The notes: generated from the letters alone by a model not told the origin. Counted from the first letter of the stretch, positions 46,781 through 57,932 are shown. The stretch: 64,000 nucleotides of DNA from Promethearchaeota archaeon (GCA_019058445.1 JAHPZA010000004.1:224001-288000), one strand, 5' to 3'. Translations and numbers: made by a program.

Positions 46781-47794
46781 ATGTCTAAACAAATAAAAGG
46801 AATTATAGTTTCACGATTAATTGTAATGATTTCAATCATATTAGTCCCAATAGCAATATTTCTCATCTTCAACTTAGTGGAATTTAGTTTATGGTTTTCA
46901 GATGATCCGGCGTTAAATTTTTGGATTTTAAATGTATTATGTCCGTTAGTATTTAGCGTTTCTTGGTTGTTCTTTTTAATATTATTTGCCAATAGGTTCG
47001 CAGCCACGATTGAGGCTATGGATAAAACAGTGGGAGTTGTACCCTTAAGATTGAGATTTTTTTTCGGACTAAATGCTTTATTCATTTTATTTATTTTTGT
47101 CTTTCCATTAATTACACCAATTGTCTCAATTTTAAGTTTTGCTTCAATGGCGTGGAGATTAACAACCTTTAGAAAAGAAAGCTGGGATGATTCTGAAATC
47201 TCTTTCGGGACTAAATTTCTAATGATTCTTTTCTCAATATTGCCTGTGTTCTGTACCATTGTTATTCTTCCTCAATATATATTACTCTCCATCTTCTTAT
47301 GGGAAAATATCTGGATGCCGTTATTACCAATTATTTTCATTATTTCGGTGTGCTTATGTACGGCATTAGCGATTGGATCATTATTTTATTTAGTGGCAAA
47401 TAAGGGAGTTAGTGAATATGAACAAATTTTCGTTGACACAAGCACTCCAAAATATGTATGGAACATTAGAATTTTAGAGATATTCTTATTCCTGTTTTTC
47501 TTATTCTTAGCATTCGGAAATTTTGCTCTGATTGATTTTTTCTACTATTTAGGATTTGTAATTGTGGCGTTTGTTGCTATTGTTAATTTTATTAATGGGA
47601 AAAGAAGAGATGTAAGTTTTAAGAGCCATTTTCTAGGATATCTCCTTGCAGCTGTATTTATGGGGTCAAATTTTCTTATTTTCAATGCGGACTTAGCATT
47701 AATTATTCAAGAAGTAAGTTTAATCACTTCTGCTATTGTGTTTATCCTTATATTTTTCTATACATTCTTCCGCTTTGACGAATCAGAAATTTAA
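46781..47794 (+). CDS. Hypothetical polytopic membrane protein
   Basis: 337 aa, about 9 TM helices. Confidence 0.7.
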   Translation: MSKQIKGIIVSRLIVMISIILVPIAIFLIFNLVEFSLWFSDDPALNFWILNVLCPLVFSVSWLFFLILFANRFAATIEAMDKTVGVVPLRLRFFFGLNALFILFIFVFPLITPIVSILSFASMAWRLTTFRKESWDDSEISFGTKFLMILFSILPVFCTIVILPQYILLSIFLWENIWMPLLPIIFIISVCLCTALAIGSLFYLVANKGVSEYEQIFVDTSTPKYVWNIRILEIFLFLFFLFLAFGNFALIDFFYYLGFVIVAFVAIVNFINGKRRDVSFKSHFLGYLLAAVFMGSNFLIFNADLALIIQEVSLITSAIVFILIFFYTFFRFDESEI

Positions 47795-48256
47795 AAAAAG
47801 GATTATAGGATTTGGTAAAAAATTACCATTTTTTTTATTAACTCTTATGATTTTAAGTTAAATATTAGAATTAATTTAACAAAAGCTTATAGAATTAGAA
47901 TTTATACACAGATTTAGAATAAAATTCAATTTATTACAAAAATTTTTAAAGATTTCATATCATAGGTTTATTTTTTAGATAATTCTAATCTATCCGAAAA
48001 TCGATACTCATCGCTTCTTCTGATGCTTCTAACAATCCTTATTAACTCTTAATCGTACTCGTATGTATCTTAAAGATTCATTCTAACTTGAATTTTAAAT
48101 TGAATTATAAAGGATTATTGATAAATAAATTACTTTTTTAAAGAAGTTCTATTCCACGCGAAACTAAATTCTTAAAAAGTTGAATTTGAATTATAATTCT
48201 TAGATCTATAATTTTTTTAAAAAAAATTTGAATTAAAAAAAAAAGGACAACTGAAT

Positions 48257-50362
48257 ATGAAATTAATAAATTTCAAAACACTAATGGTATTAGCTTTTCT
48301 CATAACAGCTATGGTAGCTATGCCTGTCATGGTTTTAGGGCAACAAGATGGTGATGACGAAAATTACGACGAGAGTGAACAATACGGTGCGTTTGAAAAC
48401 TTCCATGGAGGTTTTGGAGGTGTTTTTCGTGAAAATATGGGCCCTGGGGGGGATATACTTGGGGTATTATTTGAAATGTTGTTACTTGATGGAGTTGATT
48501 TTAAAGACGACGAGGAGTTAGAGGGAGTTTATGTTTTAAGCGCAGATAAAGAAGAAACATATACTGGAAATTACTCTTTTGCTGATAATAAGGATACTCA
48601 AGAAATCCATTATCTCCCATTTTATAATTCAAGTGGTACTGCGAATCAATATCGAATTGATTCTCTTGATGGTTATGCTTATTGTGTTGTTGACAAAGAA
48701 GGAGGATTTGAGTATAATCTGACTATTGGGGCAGCATTAACTCTAATTATATGGGATTATGATGGTTCCTTTATAGAAGCTGCCGAAAAGGTCCTTGCTT
48801 GGGCGAAAAAATTTCAAGAGGCAGAAGATAAGGATGAAGTGGATGAAGAAATTGTTGCTGAAGGAGTGCAAGTTCTATCTTGGTTATTAATACATATTAA
48901 TGAGATTTTTACAGGAGATGAGTTATTCGTACTAAATCCTATTATATGGCAAACTTTAGATATGAATCCCTGGGATAACTATAATATAAGAAAAAACTGG
49001 TATGATACAGGTATAAATAATGGTATTGAATATGGATTTGGTGATGATATTAATCTTACAGAGACGGAATCAGGGCCTACAGGGCTTCTAGAAGAATGGG
49101 AAGCTGCTGCTAATTTAACAAAAGATAGCTATATGCAATGGCTATTGTCAGATTTTAATACTGATGATCTTGTTGAAACCATTTGGACCCAATTTTCTTT
49201 CGATTTAGCTCAACTATGGGTAAAAGAATTCTACGTTGAACTAGATCTATCAGAATTATCAGACGGGGAGGATGCTGACGTAGATGATATTTTTGAAAGT
49301 GCCGATGTTGAATTTTATTTGTTCACGCACCACTTAGCCGGAGCGTTCTTGTATAATGATGAAGATAACAATAGACAAGTCACAGTTGATTATGATTATG
49401 CTAGAAATGAAACTGGTGATATTATCTATACGAACGGTACTGCTGCAATGGTACCTACGAGTAATGAAGTGACTCACCGCTTAATTTTAGGAACAGTAGG
49501 GAAATTTGATTTCAAGGAACCTGAAGTAGATGAGGACGAAAATACGGTTTCATGGGGTCTACTTTTAGCAGATGTTAACATGTCTGCAGTACCAGTCGGA
49601 GTAGACTTAAATTCATATGTGAATGCGCCAGAGGAGAATCTTGACTACATTTACTTTGGATTAGAATTTGAATCAGAAATGGAGGACCCCAATAAAAAAG
49701 GAGAAATTCAAGCGGAGTCAGATGTAAAATTGGAAACGAGGTTTGCCCCATGGAATGATCCAGATGATCCTTATACAAACCAAGATATTACAGATTTAGA
49801 CATGGCAATTATTTATGTTTCAAGTATTTTGCATTTTGATTTACATATCGAACAGGGAGACGATGATATTGAGCCAGAAGATGATGAAGATTTTACAGAT
49901 CAAGATTACTCATCAAGTTCACACACGTTAAAAGTAGGAGATTACCTTGCGGAAGATAATGATGATAAACTTGACTTTGTGGATATTGCGGGACCTGGAT
50001 ATTATTTAAACAATGGTACCACTCTTGAACGATATGCTGCTAACACTAGTATTATCCCAATTGCCTTATGGGAGGGTGAAGAACATACGAGCGAAACTGA
50101 CGTTGATGATAAAGATGATACTGATAACGATTTTGAAGCAGATGTTGATGCTGTAGCAGAATGGAATATTCTATTATACGCAGTGTGCTATCCAGACTTT
50201 AATGGGACGGGGAATGGTATCTTGCATGATCCTACGTTCTCTGTTTACATGGTTTTTACCCCTGAAGAACCTGGATTCTGGGCGTTAATTTTACTCATAG
50301 CTGGAGTTGGCTTAGCCGGGGTTGCGGCAATTTTAATCAAAAGGAAAAAAGATAAATGGTAA
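48257..50362 (+). CDS. Acidic cell-surface glycoprotein candidate (signal peptide plus C-terminal membrane anchor)
   Basis: N-terminal signal peptide, D/E-rich ectodomain, about 10 N-x-S/T sequons, HDPTF motif, TM helix followed by KRKKDKW. Confidence 0.75.
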   Translation: MKLINFKTLMVLAFLITAMVAMPVMVLGQQDGDDENYDESEQYGAFENFHGGFGGVFRENMGPGGDILGVLFEMLLLDGVDFKDDEELEGVYVLSADKEETYTGNYSFADNKDTQEIHYLPFYNSSGTANQYRIDSLDGYAYCVVDKEGGFEYNLTIGAALTLIIWDYDGSFIEAAEKVLAWAKKFQEAEDKDEVDEEIVAEGVQVLSWLLIHINEIFTGDELFVLNPIIWQTLDMNPWDNYNIRKNWYDTGINNGIEYGFGDDINLTETESGPTGLLEEWEAAANLTKDSYMQWLLSDFNTDDLVETIWTQFSFDLAQLWVKEFYVELDLSELSDGEDADVDDIFESADVEFYLFTHHLAGAFLYNDEDNNRQVTVDYDYARNETGDIIYTNGTAAMVPTSNEVTHRLILGTVGKFDFKEPEVDEDENTVSWGLLLADVNMSAVPVGVDLNSYVNAPEENLDYIYFGLEFESEMEDPNKKGEIQAESDVKLETRFAPWNDPDDPYTNQDITDLDMAIIYVSSILHFDLHIEQGDDDIEPEDDEDFTDQDYSSSSHTLKVGDYLAEDNDDKLDFVDIAGPGYYLNNGTTLERYAANTSIIPIALWEGEEHTSETDVDDKDDTDNDFEADVDAVAEWNILLYAVCYPDFNGTGNGILHDPTFSVYMVFTPEEPGFWALILLIAGVGLAGVAAILIKRKKDKW

Positions 50363-50653
50363 ATGACCATTTAAACTTACATATTTTTATTTACTACTTT
50401 TTTTTTATTTTTCTATTTTTGTATATTTTTTCTTAGAATTTTTAACTAATTCGTTATTTTTTATTAAAAACTTTTTGCAATTAAAGGCAGTATTCTTCTT
50501 TCATTTACGGATTTCTATAATCGAGTCAATTTAATACGAAAAACTTTTAACAAAAGGTACATGATTAATATTGCTATTAAAATATAATTAATAGATTAAA
50601 GATTTTAAAAAGTATAATAGAAAAGACTTAAAGAAAAAGCGAGATGATAATAG

Positions 50654-52438
50654 ATGCCAATAAAGAGTGGAGATAAGTTTCAAGTAAATGAAAATAAAAG
50701 ATGGTTTCAAAAATGGTGGCCAAAGGATGTTCCAAAAAATATTTCCTTACCAGAAATGACCGTCAATGAAATGCTTGAAGAACAAGTTAAGAAATACGCA
50801 GATCATAATATAATGTGGTTTTTAGAAACCTGGATGACATATAAGGAATTTCAAGATCACGTAAACGCACTTGCAACGGCTCTTGATAATTTAGGGATTA
50901 AAAAGGGTGATGTCGTCGCAATGCATTTACCAAATTGCTTCCAATATGTTATAAGTTATTATGCCATTACTAAGATTGGTGCCATCGCTACTGGAGTAAA
51001 TCCAACATATCAACCTATGGAAATTTTGCATCAGTTAGATATTACGAAACCAAAAGTACTTATCGTACTTGATGCTCTATATGAACCGTATATTAAACCC
51101 ATAATCGCTAAATCTAGCATAGAGAAATTAATCTACACAAATGTGGCTGATTTAGCTCATGGATTAGGCTTTAAAAGAATCTTAGGAAAATTATTAAAAA
51201 AAATTCCTACAGGGAAAGTCGATTTTCCTGGAGCACTAAAATTCATGGATCTTTTAAATACTCCATCAGCAGTTCCAAATATAAAAATTGATATCAAAAC
51301 CCATCCAGCAACCTTTATAATGACCGGGGGAACTACCGGCTTGCCCAAAGCAGCAGTTTTAACCCATTTTAATGTGGTGTCTAACGCGAATCAATGTGTT
51401 CAGTGGTTAGGGGGAGAAACGCCCGGTATTGGCGTTGTTGGAGTGCTTCCATTATTCCACAGTTTTGCCCATACTGTGGTAATGAATACGACGATAAAGT
51501 TTGGAGGATGGATGATGTTATTCCCAAGACCCCCCGACACAGAGGATTTGCTTGCTGATATCGTGAAATTGCCGGCACCCGAGGGTTTAGTCTATCCTGG
51601 AGCCGAAATCTTATTTAAAAGATTAGCAGAATTTGAAGATATTAAAAAATATCCCGGAGTGATGGGTAAGCTAAAATTATGTGTCTCTGGAGCAGGACCT
51701 TTACATAGACCTGTGCGCGATGCTTTTGTTGAAAATACTAAAGGGAGAATTGTTGAAGGGTATGGATTGAGCGAAGCCACTCCAGTAGTTAGTGCTGGAA
51801 ATTTATTTGGAGAGAGTCCAATAGGAGTAATAGGTATGCCCTTTCCAGCAACTGAATGGGGAATATGGCCTGTTGATGATTTTAGTCAAGGTCCAATTTG
51901 TTTAGGAAATCCAGATGATACTAATTTCGGAGAAGAGCATACTGGAGAATTATGCGTCCATGGTCCACAGGTTATGTTAGAATATCTAAATAAACCAGAG
52001 GAAACAGAAGAAACTATTAAAGAATTTGATGGTAAACTATGGTTATTAACTGGAGATATCGGATTTATGAACGAGGATGGTACAATTGAACTAAGAGATA
52101 GGAAAAAGCAACTTATTAAATATAAAGGATATTCTGTATACCCTAAAGAAGTAGAAGAGCTTCTTATGAAGCATCCTGAAATTTCAGAAGCTGCAGTTGC
52201 AGGATTGCCTAATGAGGAATTTGGAGAAGCTGTTAAAGCGTGGGTTGAATTAACTCCCGGATCTACTTTGACTCCAGAAGCAATTAAAGAATGGGCTGCC
52301 GAAAATATGACACATTATAAACGCCCGTATTATGTTGAAATTATAGAGGAAGTGCCAAAAAATTTAATTGGAAAAGTTCAAAGGCGTTTACTTCAAGAAG
52401 CAGATCCTATCTGGCAAGAAAAAAATAAACCAGCATAA
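50654..52438 (+). CDS. Long-chain acyl-CoA synthetase (AMP-binding)
   Basis: MTGGTTGLPKA, EGYGLSEA, TGDIG, DRKK, PKNLIGK. Confidence 0.92.
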   Translation: MPIKSGDKFQVNENKRWFQKWWPKDVPKNISLPEMTVNEMLEEQVKKYADHNIMWFLETWMTYKEFQDHVNALATALDNLGIKKGDVVAMHLPNCFQYVISYYAITKIGAIATGVNPTYQPMEILHQLDITKPKVLIVLDALYEPYIKPIIAKSSIEKLIYTNVADLAHGLGFKRILGKLLKKIPTGKVDFPGALKFMDLLNTPSAVPNIKIDIKTHPATFIMTGGTTGLPKAAVLTHFNVVSNANQCVQWLGGETPGIGVVGVLPLFHSFAHTVVMNTTIKFGGWMMLFPRPPDTEDLLADIVKLPAPEGLVYPGAEILFKRLAEFEDIKKYPGVMGKLKLCVSGAGPLHRPVRDAFVENTKGRIVEGYGLSEATPVVSAGNLFGESPIGVIGMPFPATEWGIWPVDDFSQGPICLGNPDDTNFGEEHTGELCVHGPQVMLEYLNKPEETEETIKEFDGKLWLLTGDIGFMNEDGTIELRDRKKQLIKYKGYSVYPKEVEELLMKHPEISEAAVAGLPNEEFGEAVKAWVELTPGSTLTPEAIKEWAAENMTHYKRPYYVEIIEEVPKNLIGKVQRRLLQEADPIWQEKNKPA

Positions 52439-52464
52439 TACTTTTTTTTTTCTAAATTTAAAAA

Positions 52465-52986
52465 TTAATAAAACTCAGACTTTTGGAGCATCAATCTGGT
52501 TAATGCCTCAAAAGTCACTTCTACATTTTCGCCCGTTTTTGAGCTGCATTCGATAAAGGCGTTCATATCTCTAGATTCAGCAATCTGAATACCCTCTTCA
52601 CTACTAACTTCACGTTCCTCAAGATCGGCTTTACCACCAACAACAATAACAGGGAACATATCTTCTATCTTTTTGCGTATAACTGTTAACCAATCATCAA
52701 TATGGGCTAAAGAAGAATAGTTTGTTATATCATACATAAAGATACCCCCATTGGCTCCTTTCACATAGGTTGGTAATAAAAATCTAAAACGTTCTTCCCC
52801 ACCAAAGTCCCAAATTTGAAGTTTTACCTTTTTTTCATCAATTTCCAAGCTTTTTACTTCGAAATCAACACCAATTGTCATGGAGGTGTCTGATTTAAAT
52901 AAATTTGTCAAATACCTTTGAGTTAGAGTGGTCTTTCCGCAACCTGCGTCTCCAAATATCACAATTTTATAGGTCGCATCGTACAT
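52465..52986 (-). CDS. Rab-like small GTPase
   Basis: GDAGCGKT, TIGVDF, KLQIWDFGGEERFR, GGKADL, ECSSKTG; no C-terminal Cys prenylation motif. Confidence 0.93.
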   Translation of the reverse strand: MYDATYKIVIFGDAGCGKTTLTQRYLTNLFKSDTSMTIGVDFEVKSLEIDEKKVKLQIWDFGGEERFRFLLPTYVKGANGGIFMYDITNYSSLAHIDDWLTVIRKKIEDMFPVIVVGGKADLEEREVSSEEGIQIAESRDMNAFIECSSKTGENVEVTFEALTRLMLQKSEFY

Positions 52987-53137
52987 GTTTCTACAATAGA
53001 CTATTTGTGATTTTTTTTTTATCTCTTAACATTATGATTTCTATTTATTATTAATAAATTTTCGTTTTTAATTAAATCCATATGAATTATCTTATTAACT
53101 ATTAAAAAAAATTAAAAATAAACGTAATTTATTCTAG

Positions 53138-53524
53138 CTATTTGTCTTTAATTAATACTTCTACCGCAGCATCGCATATAATCATTTTATCAGACGTATC
53201 TCCTAATTCTTTGATCATAATACCATGAGCAACAAGCCCTCCTTTTTCCACTTCAAGCGATTTTTCACCAAAGGGAACAGCTTTTAGCACTTTTTTTTCA
53301 TCTATTTTTTCTGGGTATGGTGCACCTATCTTCACATGAACTTTCATCCGTAAAAGATCCTTAGCTTCTTTAAAATTACAGAAATCGGCTATTCCTGTCA
53401 AACAATTGTTAGAAATTGCATTTTTTATAGCTTTTATTGCAGCTCTTGTACAATCATCGTCGTGACCGTGTTGGTCGACACCTTGTCCAATCTGCACGAT
53501 AAATCTTTTATAATTTTGGTTCAT
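53138..53524 (-). CDS. Lin0512-family protein
   Basis: KRFIVQIGQGVDQHG..CTRAAIKAIKNAI, VPFG, GGL. Start trimmed from the ORF-track 53620 to an internal ATG. Confidence 0.8.
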   Translation of the reverse strand: MNQNYKRFIVQIGQGVDQHGHDDDCTRAAIKAIKNAISNNCLTGIADFCNFKEAKDLLRMKVHVKIGAPYPEKIDEKKVLKAVPFGEKSLEVEKGGLVAHGIMIKELGDTSDKMIICDAAVEVLIKDK

Positions 53525-53721
53525 TATTATTGCCATTTTTATATTTAATGGTGATGTAATATCTTCAAAAAAGTATTTATCAATCAAAAGGTTATGTTTT
53601 AGGATTAACGCATATAACAAATTTTATGAGCTAATCTTAATATATGTTTACCATACTAGATGGAAAAATAACATTTTCTTCAGAAGTATATGCATAAAAA
53701 TTTGGTGTCTAGAAAGGTACT

Positions 53722-55440
53722 ATGAGGATAATTGATAAAAAAATTGTTGCTGAATATCTAAAAACTTCCGTTAAGAATTTCTCAGTAGAAGAGTTGGAGA
53801 GTCTAATTGAGATTCCCCCTCAAAATATTAATTATTCTTACGCATTTCCCGTCTATCGACTGGCAAAATTCGAGAAAAAATCACCAAATTTAATTGCTAA
53901 AGAGTTGAAAGAAAACTTAGTTTTGCCTGATTTTTTAGATAAAGTAGAAGCAAAAGGTCCGTATTTAAATTTTAGAGTTAACACATACACAGTTTTAAAT
54001 AATATCTATGAATCGAAGCAAGACTATGGAAAAATTAGAGAATTAGTAGAAAAAAATAAATTTACTCCTCTTAGAATTGTCATCGAATATCCTGCTCCGA
54101 ATACGAATAAACCTCTTCATTTAGGACACGTTCGAAATATGCTATTAGGAAATTCGCTGTCTCAAATTTTAAAATATAAGGGTCATCAGGTTTTTCAGGT
54201 CAATTTGAACAACGATAGAGGCATACATATCTGTAAGAGTATGCTCGCATATAAAAAATGGGGAAATAATGAGGCGCCGAAAGAAAAGAAATCAGATCAT
54301 TTCGTAGGAGAGTATTATATTAAGTTTAGTCAAGAAGCAGAAAAAAATGATAAGCTAAATGAAGAAGCTGCATCCATGCTTAAATTATGGGAACAAAACG
54401 ATCCAGATACGAGAGCATTATGGAAAAAAATGAATACATGGGCTCTAGATGGCTTTAAGGAAACATATCGCAAGTTCGATATCTCTTTTGATAAGGAATA
54501 TTATGAGTCTAATTTATATAAGGAAGGAAAGGAAATAATTCTGGATAATCTTGGAAAAGGATTTCTCAACAAAACCGAAGATGGTGCGGTATATGCTAAC
54601 TTGAAAGAAACTTTTAATCTGCCTAATAAAATTTTACTAAGAAGTGATGGAACCTCCATATATATCACTCAAGATATTTATTTGGCATATCTGAAAAAGG
54701 AAGATTTCAAATATGACGAATCAATTTATGTAGTGGGCAATGAACAAGATCTTTATTTTAAACAACTTTTTGCAGTATTAGAGAGGATTGGATTTAAAGA
54801 ACAGAAATATCATTTATCCTATGGGATGATTAGTCTCCCCGAGGGGAAAATGAAAAGCAGAGAGGGTACTGTGGTTGATGCGGATGACATTATTGAAGAA
54901 ATGAATTATCTTGCTTATGAAGAAGTTCATAAAAGATATCCAAAGCTTCCAGAAAAGGAAAAAGCACGAAGAGCAAAAATATTAAGTATGTCAGCTTTGA
55001 GATTCTTCATTTTAAAATTTAATCCAAGATCCGATTTCATTTTTAATCCTAAGGAAAGCATTTCTTTTGAGGGAGAGACGGGACCATACATTCAATATTG
55101 CTATGCGAGAATTGAATCAATATTTAATAAATCTAAGGAAAAAATTGATTTGAATATTAATTTCGAACTCTTATCTCATGAAAAGGAATTAATTTTAATT
55201 AAGCAACTAAATTATTTTCCAGAAGTTATTGAAACCACAGCTACTTCCTATGGCATTCATTTACTTCCTCAATATCTCTTAAGTTTATGCCAAGATTTCA
55301 ATTCCTTTTATGCCAGTTGTCAAGTAATTTCGGAAAATAAAGAATTAGAGAGAGCAAGATTATTATTAATAAAATGTGTTCAAATTATTATCAAAATAGG
55401 ATTAAATCTTCTAGGAATAGAAACTTTAGAAGAAATGTAA
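53722..55440 (+). CDS. argS: Arginyl-tRNA synthetase
   Basis: PNTNKPLHLGHVRN (HIGH), KMKSREG, GETGPYIQY, DALR domain ending EEM. Confidence 0.96.
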   Translation: MRIIDKKIVAEYLKTSVKNFSVEELESLIEIPPQNINYSYAFPVYRLAKFEKKSPNLIAKELKENLVLPDFLDKVEAKGPYLNFRVNTYTVLNNIYESKQDYGKIRELVEKNKFTPLRIVIEYPAPNTNKPLHLGHVRNMLLGNSLSQILKYKGHQVFQVNLNNDRGIHICKSMLAYKKWGNNEAPKEKKSDHFVGEYYIKFSQEAEKNDKLNEEAASMLKLWEQNDPDTRALWKKMNTWALDGFKETYRKFDISFDKEYYESNLYKEGKEIILDNLGKGFLNKTEDGAVYANLKETFNLPNKILLRSDGTSIYITQDIYLAYLKKEDFKYDESIYVVGNEQDLYFKQLFAVLERIGFKEQKYHLSYGMISLPEGKMKSREGTVVDADDIIEEMNYLAYEEVHKRYPKLPEKEKARRAKILSMSALRFFILKFNPRSDFIFNPKESISFEGETGPYIQYCYARIESIFNKSKEKIDLNINFELLSHEKELILIKQLNYFPEVIETTATSYGIHLLPQYLLSLCQDFNSFYASCQVISENKELERARLLLIKCVQIIIKIGLNLLGIETLEEM

Positions 55441-55473
55441 TATAAAATTAACGGGAAAATAGTTTTAGATATT

Positions 55474-56385
55474 ATGAATTTTTTTGATTTTGGTGAGATA
55501 ATCAATAAAGATACCCAATTTGTAATTTTTGGAATACCTTGGGATTATTTAACTTCTATCGAGGGACCTGATTCATCTCTCGCCCCCCAAAAAATACGGA
55601 ATGTAACAGAAAATTTAGCACTCACAACTGAATTAGGATCTGAAATTCCAAATATTAAAGCTGTTGACATTGGAGATGTAGAAATTGAGCCTAAAAATGT
55701 AGATAAAAATCTCAATGAAATAAAGAATTTTATTAATAAGATATATAAACAGAAGAAAGATGCTATTTTAGTTATTATTGGAGGCGATCATTTCTGCTCA
55801 TATCCAGTTGTAAAAACCGTGGGCGATAATAGAGATAATAAGAAAAATTTCGGCATTTTAATATTCGATTCTCATTTAGATCTTTATGAAGAATGGGATA
55901 AGGGAGTATATTCTCATGCTACAATTTCTCATAGAATTTATGATTTAGAATACGTTAATAATAAAAATCTATTAATCGTGGGTTCAAGAGATATTGATAT
56001 TCCAGAGCTAAAAATTGCTAATGCTGAAGAAATTGTTCATTTTGATGCTCATCTAATTGAAGAAATCGGGTTAAAGCAATTTACCGATAAAATTATTAGT
56101 TTTTTCAAAACCTCGGGTATTGAAGATTTATACGTATCGATCGATGTGGATGCGTTGGATCCATCTATCGCTCCCGCCACTGGATTTGCCATTCCCGGCG
56201 GTTTTTCCTATAGAGAATTGTGGAAAATACTAAGAGAGATACCTAACCATTTCGATGTGGTAGGGTTTGATTTAGTTGAGGTCGCCCCGAATTTGGACCT
56301 ACCTAATAATTTAACCAGTAATTTAGCAGCCAAATTGATTGTAGAATTTATGGATTTTATTACAATTAGGAAAAATAGACAATAA
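55474..56385 (+). CDS. speB: Agmatinase / ureohydrolase
   Basis: GGDH, DSHLD, SHAT, SIDVDALDP..AP.TG...PGG, DLVEVAP. Confidence 0.88.
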   Translation: MNFFDFGEIINKDTQFVIFGIPWDYLTSIEGPDSSLAPQKIRNVTENLALTTELGSEIPNIKAVDIGDVEIEPKNVDKNLNEIKNFINKIYKQKKDAILVIIGGDHFCSYPVVKTVGDNRDNKKNFGILIFDSHLDLYEEWDKGVYSHATISHRIYDLEYVNNKNLLIVGSRDIDIPELKIANAEEIVHFDAHLIEEIGLKQFTDKIISFFKTSGIEDLYVSIDVDALDPSIAPATGFAIPGGFSYRELWKILREIPNHFDVVGFDLVEVAPNLDLPNNLTSNLAAKLIVEFMDFITIRKNRQ

Positions 56386-56387
56386 AA

Positions 56388-57338
56388 ATGAAAGAAAAAG
56401 AGAGAAAAGAAGTATTTCAAAAGGTCAATCAATTTAAAATAGAGAGAGATACAAATATCGTCGATCTTGTTAATAATCTTAAAGGAACTGGTTTTAATGC
56501 TAAAAGATTGGCTTTAGCATGTGAAATTTACTATAAAATGATCGAAGATAAAGATTGTGTGAAATTTTTCGGATTAGCGGGTGCTATGGTTCCAGTTGGT
56601 ATGCAACAAATAATTCACGATTTCATAGAAGAAGGATTCATTGATGTATTAGTAACCACAGGCGCGAATTTAACTCATGATATCGCGGAAACCTTAGGAT
56701 ATCATCATCTTCAAGGAGAAGTGCATATTGAAAGGTTAGATGATGTAAAGTTATATGAGCGAGAAATGAATAGGATATACGATGTCTTTCTGCCTAATAA
56801 GGTCTATGAAGGTATAGAAAATTTTGTTTCTAAATTGAAAATCCCAGACAATAATATGTCAGTCAGTGAATTTTTAAAATTTTTAGGAGAAAATATACCA
56901 AATAATCCAAAATCGATTTTAAGAATTTGCGCTGAAAAGAATATACCAATCTACTGTCCAGCTTTTACGGATTCTGGTTTAGCCCTACAACTAGGTTTTC
57001 ACCATCAAAAATTAAATCTTAATCATTTTAAGGATATGCTGGAAATGGTGAATTTAGCTTGGGATGCGAAAAAGGCAGGTATTTGTATAGTTGGTGGGGG
57101 AGTACCAAAAAACTTTATCTTCCAATCTATGCAATTTTGCCCTAATTCTGCTGATTATGCTATTCAAATTACAATGGATAGACCAGAACCAGGCGGACTT
57201 TCCGGTGCTACATTAAATGAGGCTATGTCTTGGGGAAAAATTAATAAACATGCGAAGCATTCAACTATTATCTCGGATGCGACGATTGCACTTCCTATAC
57301 TCTTCTGGTATCTGAAAGAATCAAGAGTAGGAAGTTAA
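56388..57338 (+). CDS. dys: Deoxyhypusine synthase
   Basis: TTGANLTHD, CPAFTDS, GGGVPKN, GGLSGATLNEAMSWGK (catalytic Lys), DATIALP. Confidence 0.93.
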   Translation: MKEKERKEVFQKVNQFKIERDTNIVDLVNNLKGTGFNAKRLALACEIYYKMIEDKDCVKFFGLAGAMVPVGMQQIIHDFIEEGFIDVLVTTGANLTHDIAETLGYHHLQGEVHIERLDDVKLYEREMNRIYDVFLPNKVYEGIENFVSKLKIPDNNMSVSEFLKFLGENIPNNPKSILRICAEKNIPIYCPAFTDSGLALQLGFHHQKLNLNHFKDMLEMVNLAWDAKKAGICIVGGGVPKNFIFQSMQFCPNSADYAIQITMDRPEPGGLSGATLNEAMSWGKINKHAKHSTIISDATIALPILFWYLKESRVGS

Positions 57339-57344
57339 TTGTTT

Positions 57345-57809
57345 TTAAAAAAAAGTACCCTTGAGTTTCTGATCTATCGTTTTAGTTTCAGAGCCAAAGA
57401 TTTTATCAAGTTTTTCTTTAAATGTTTGGAATTGAGAAATTTCTGACAAATTTTTCCCGTTATATTTCGCGATAAACTGCTTCATTATTTCTTTTAATGA
57501 AGGAATAACGACTTTTGAAATGTGTTTGTCAATCTTTTTTTCTTGGTCTAATATGGCATATGCGATTAGCGGTTCAGGTTCAGGACTGTCTTCTGGCTTT
57601 ATTTTATCTTCGATAAATGATATAACAAATTTACGCATCTCAAAATATTCAATAGTGTCCTTAGAAAAAGCACTCTCCGCAAAATTTATAAGAGCGGTTA
57701 ACAGCGCTGATCGTAGATCTTTATCAATTTTATTGTCTGAGGTTTGATGATACGTTGCAAATAATAGCGTAAAACCCCTGAATAATATACCGCTTTCTCG
57801 GATAACCAT
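57345..57809 (-). CDS. Stand-alone longin-like domain protein
   Basis: GILFRGFTL, DLRSALLTALINFAESAF..IEYFEM..FVISF, C-terminal helix 'LKEIMKQFIAKY'. Confidence 0.65.
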   Translation of the reverse strand: MVIRESGILFRGFTLLFATYHQTSDNKIDKDLRSALLTALINFAESAFSKDTIEYFEMRKFVISFIEDKIKPEDSPEPEPLIAYAILDQEKKIDKHISKVVIPSLKEIMKQFIAKYNGKNLSEISQFQTFKEKLDKIFGSETKTIDQKLKGTFF

Positions 57810-57932
57810 AATTAGTGTTTACTTCTGCAATAAGATATTATTTTAAATTCTTAATTTAAATATCGAAATACTAATTATGTTAAATAAACGATTGTGATCT
57901 ATTAAATCTTTTAGATATAGAAGATGGTAAAG

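Noticed and set aside
46777-47259. 160-aa minus-strand ORF
   Set aside because: K/N/I-rich antisense mirror of a hydrophobic membrane-protein gene.
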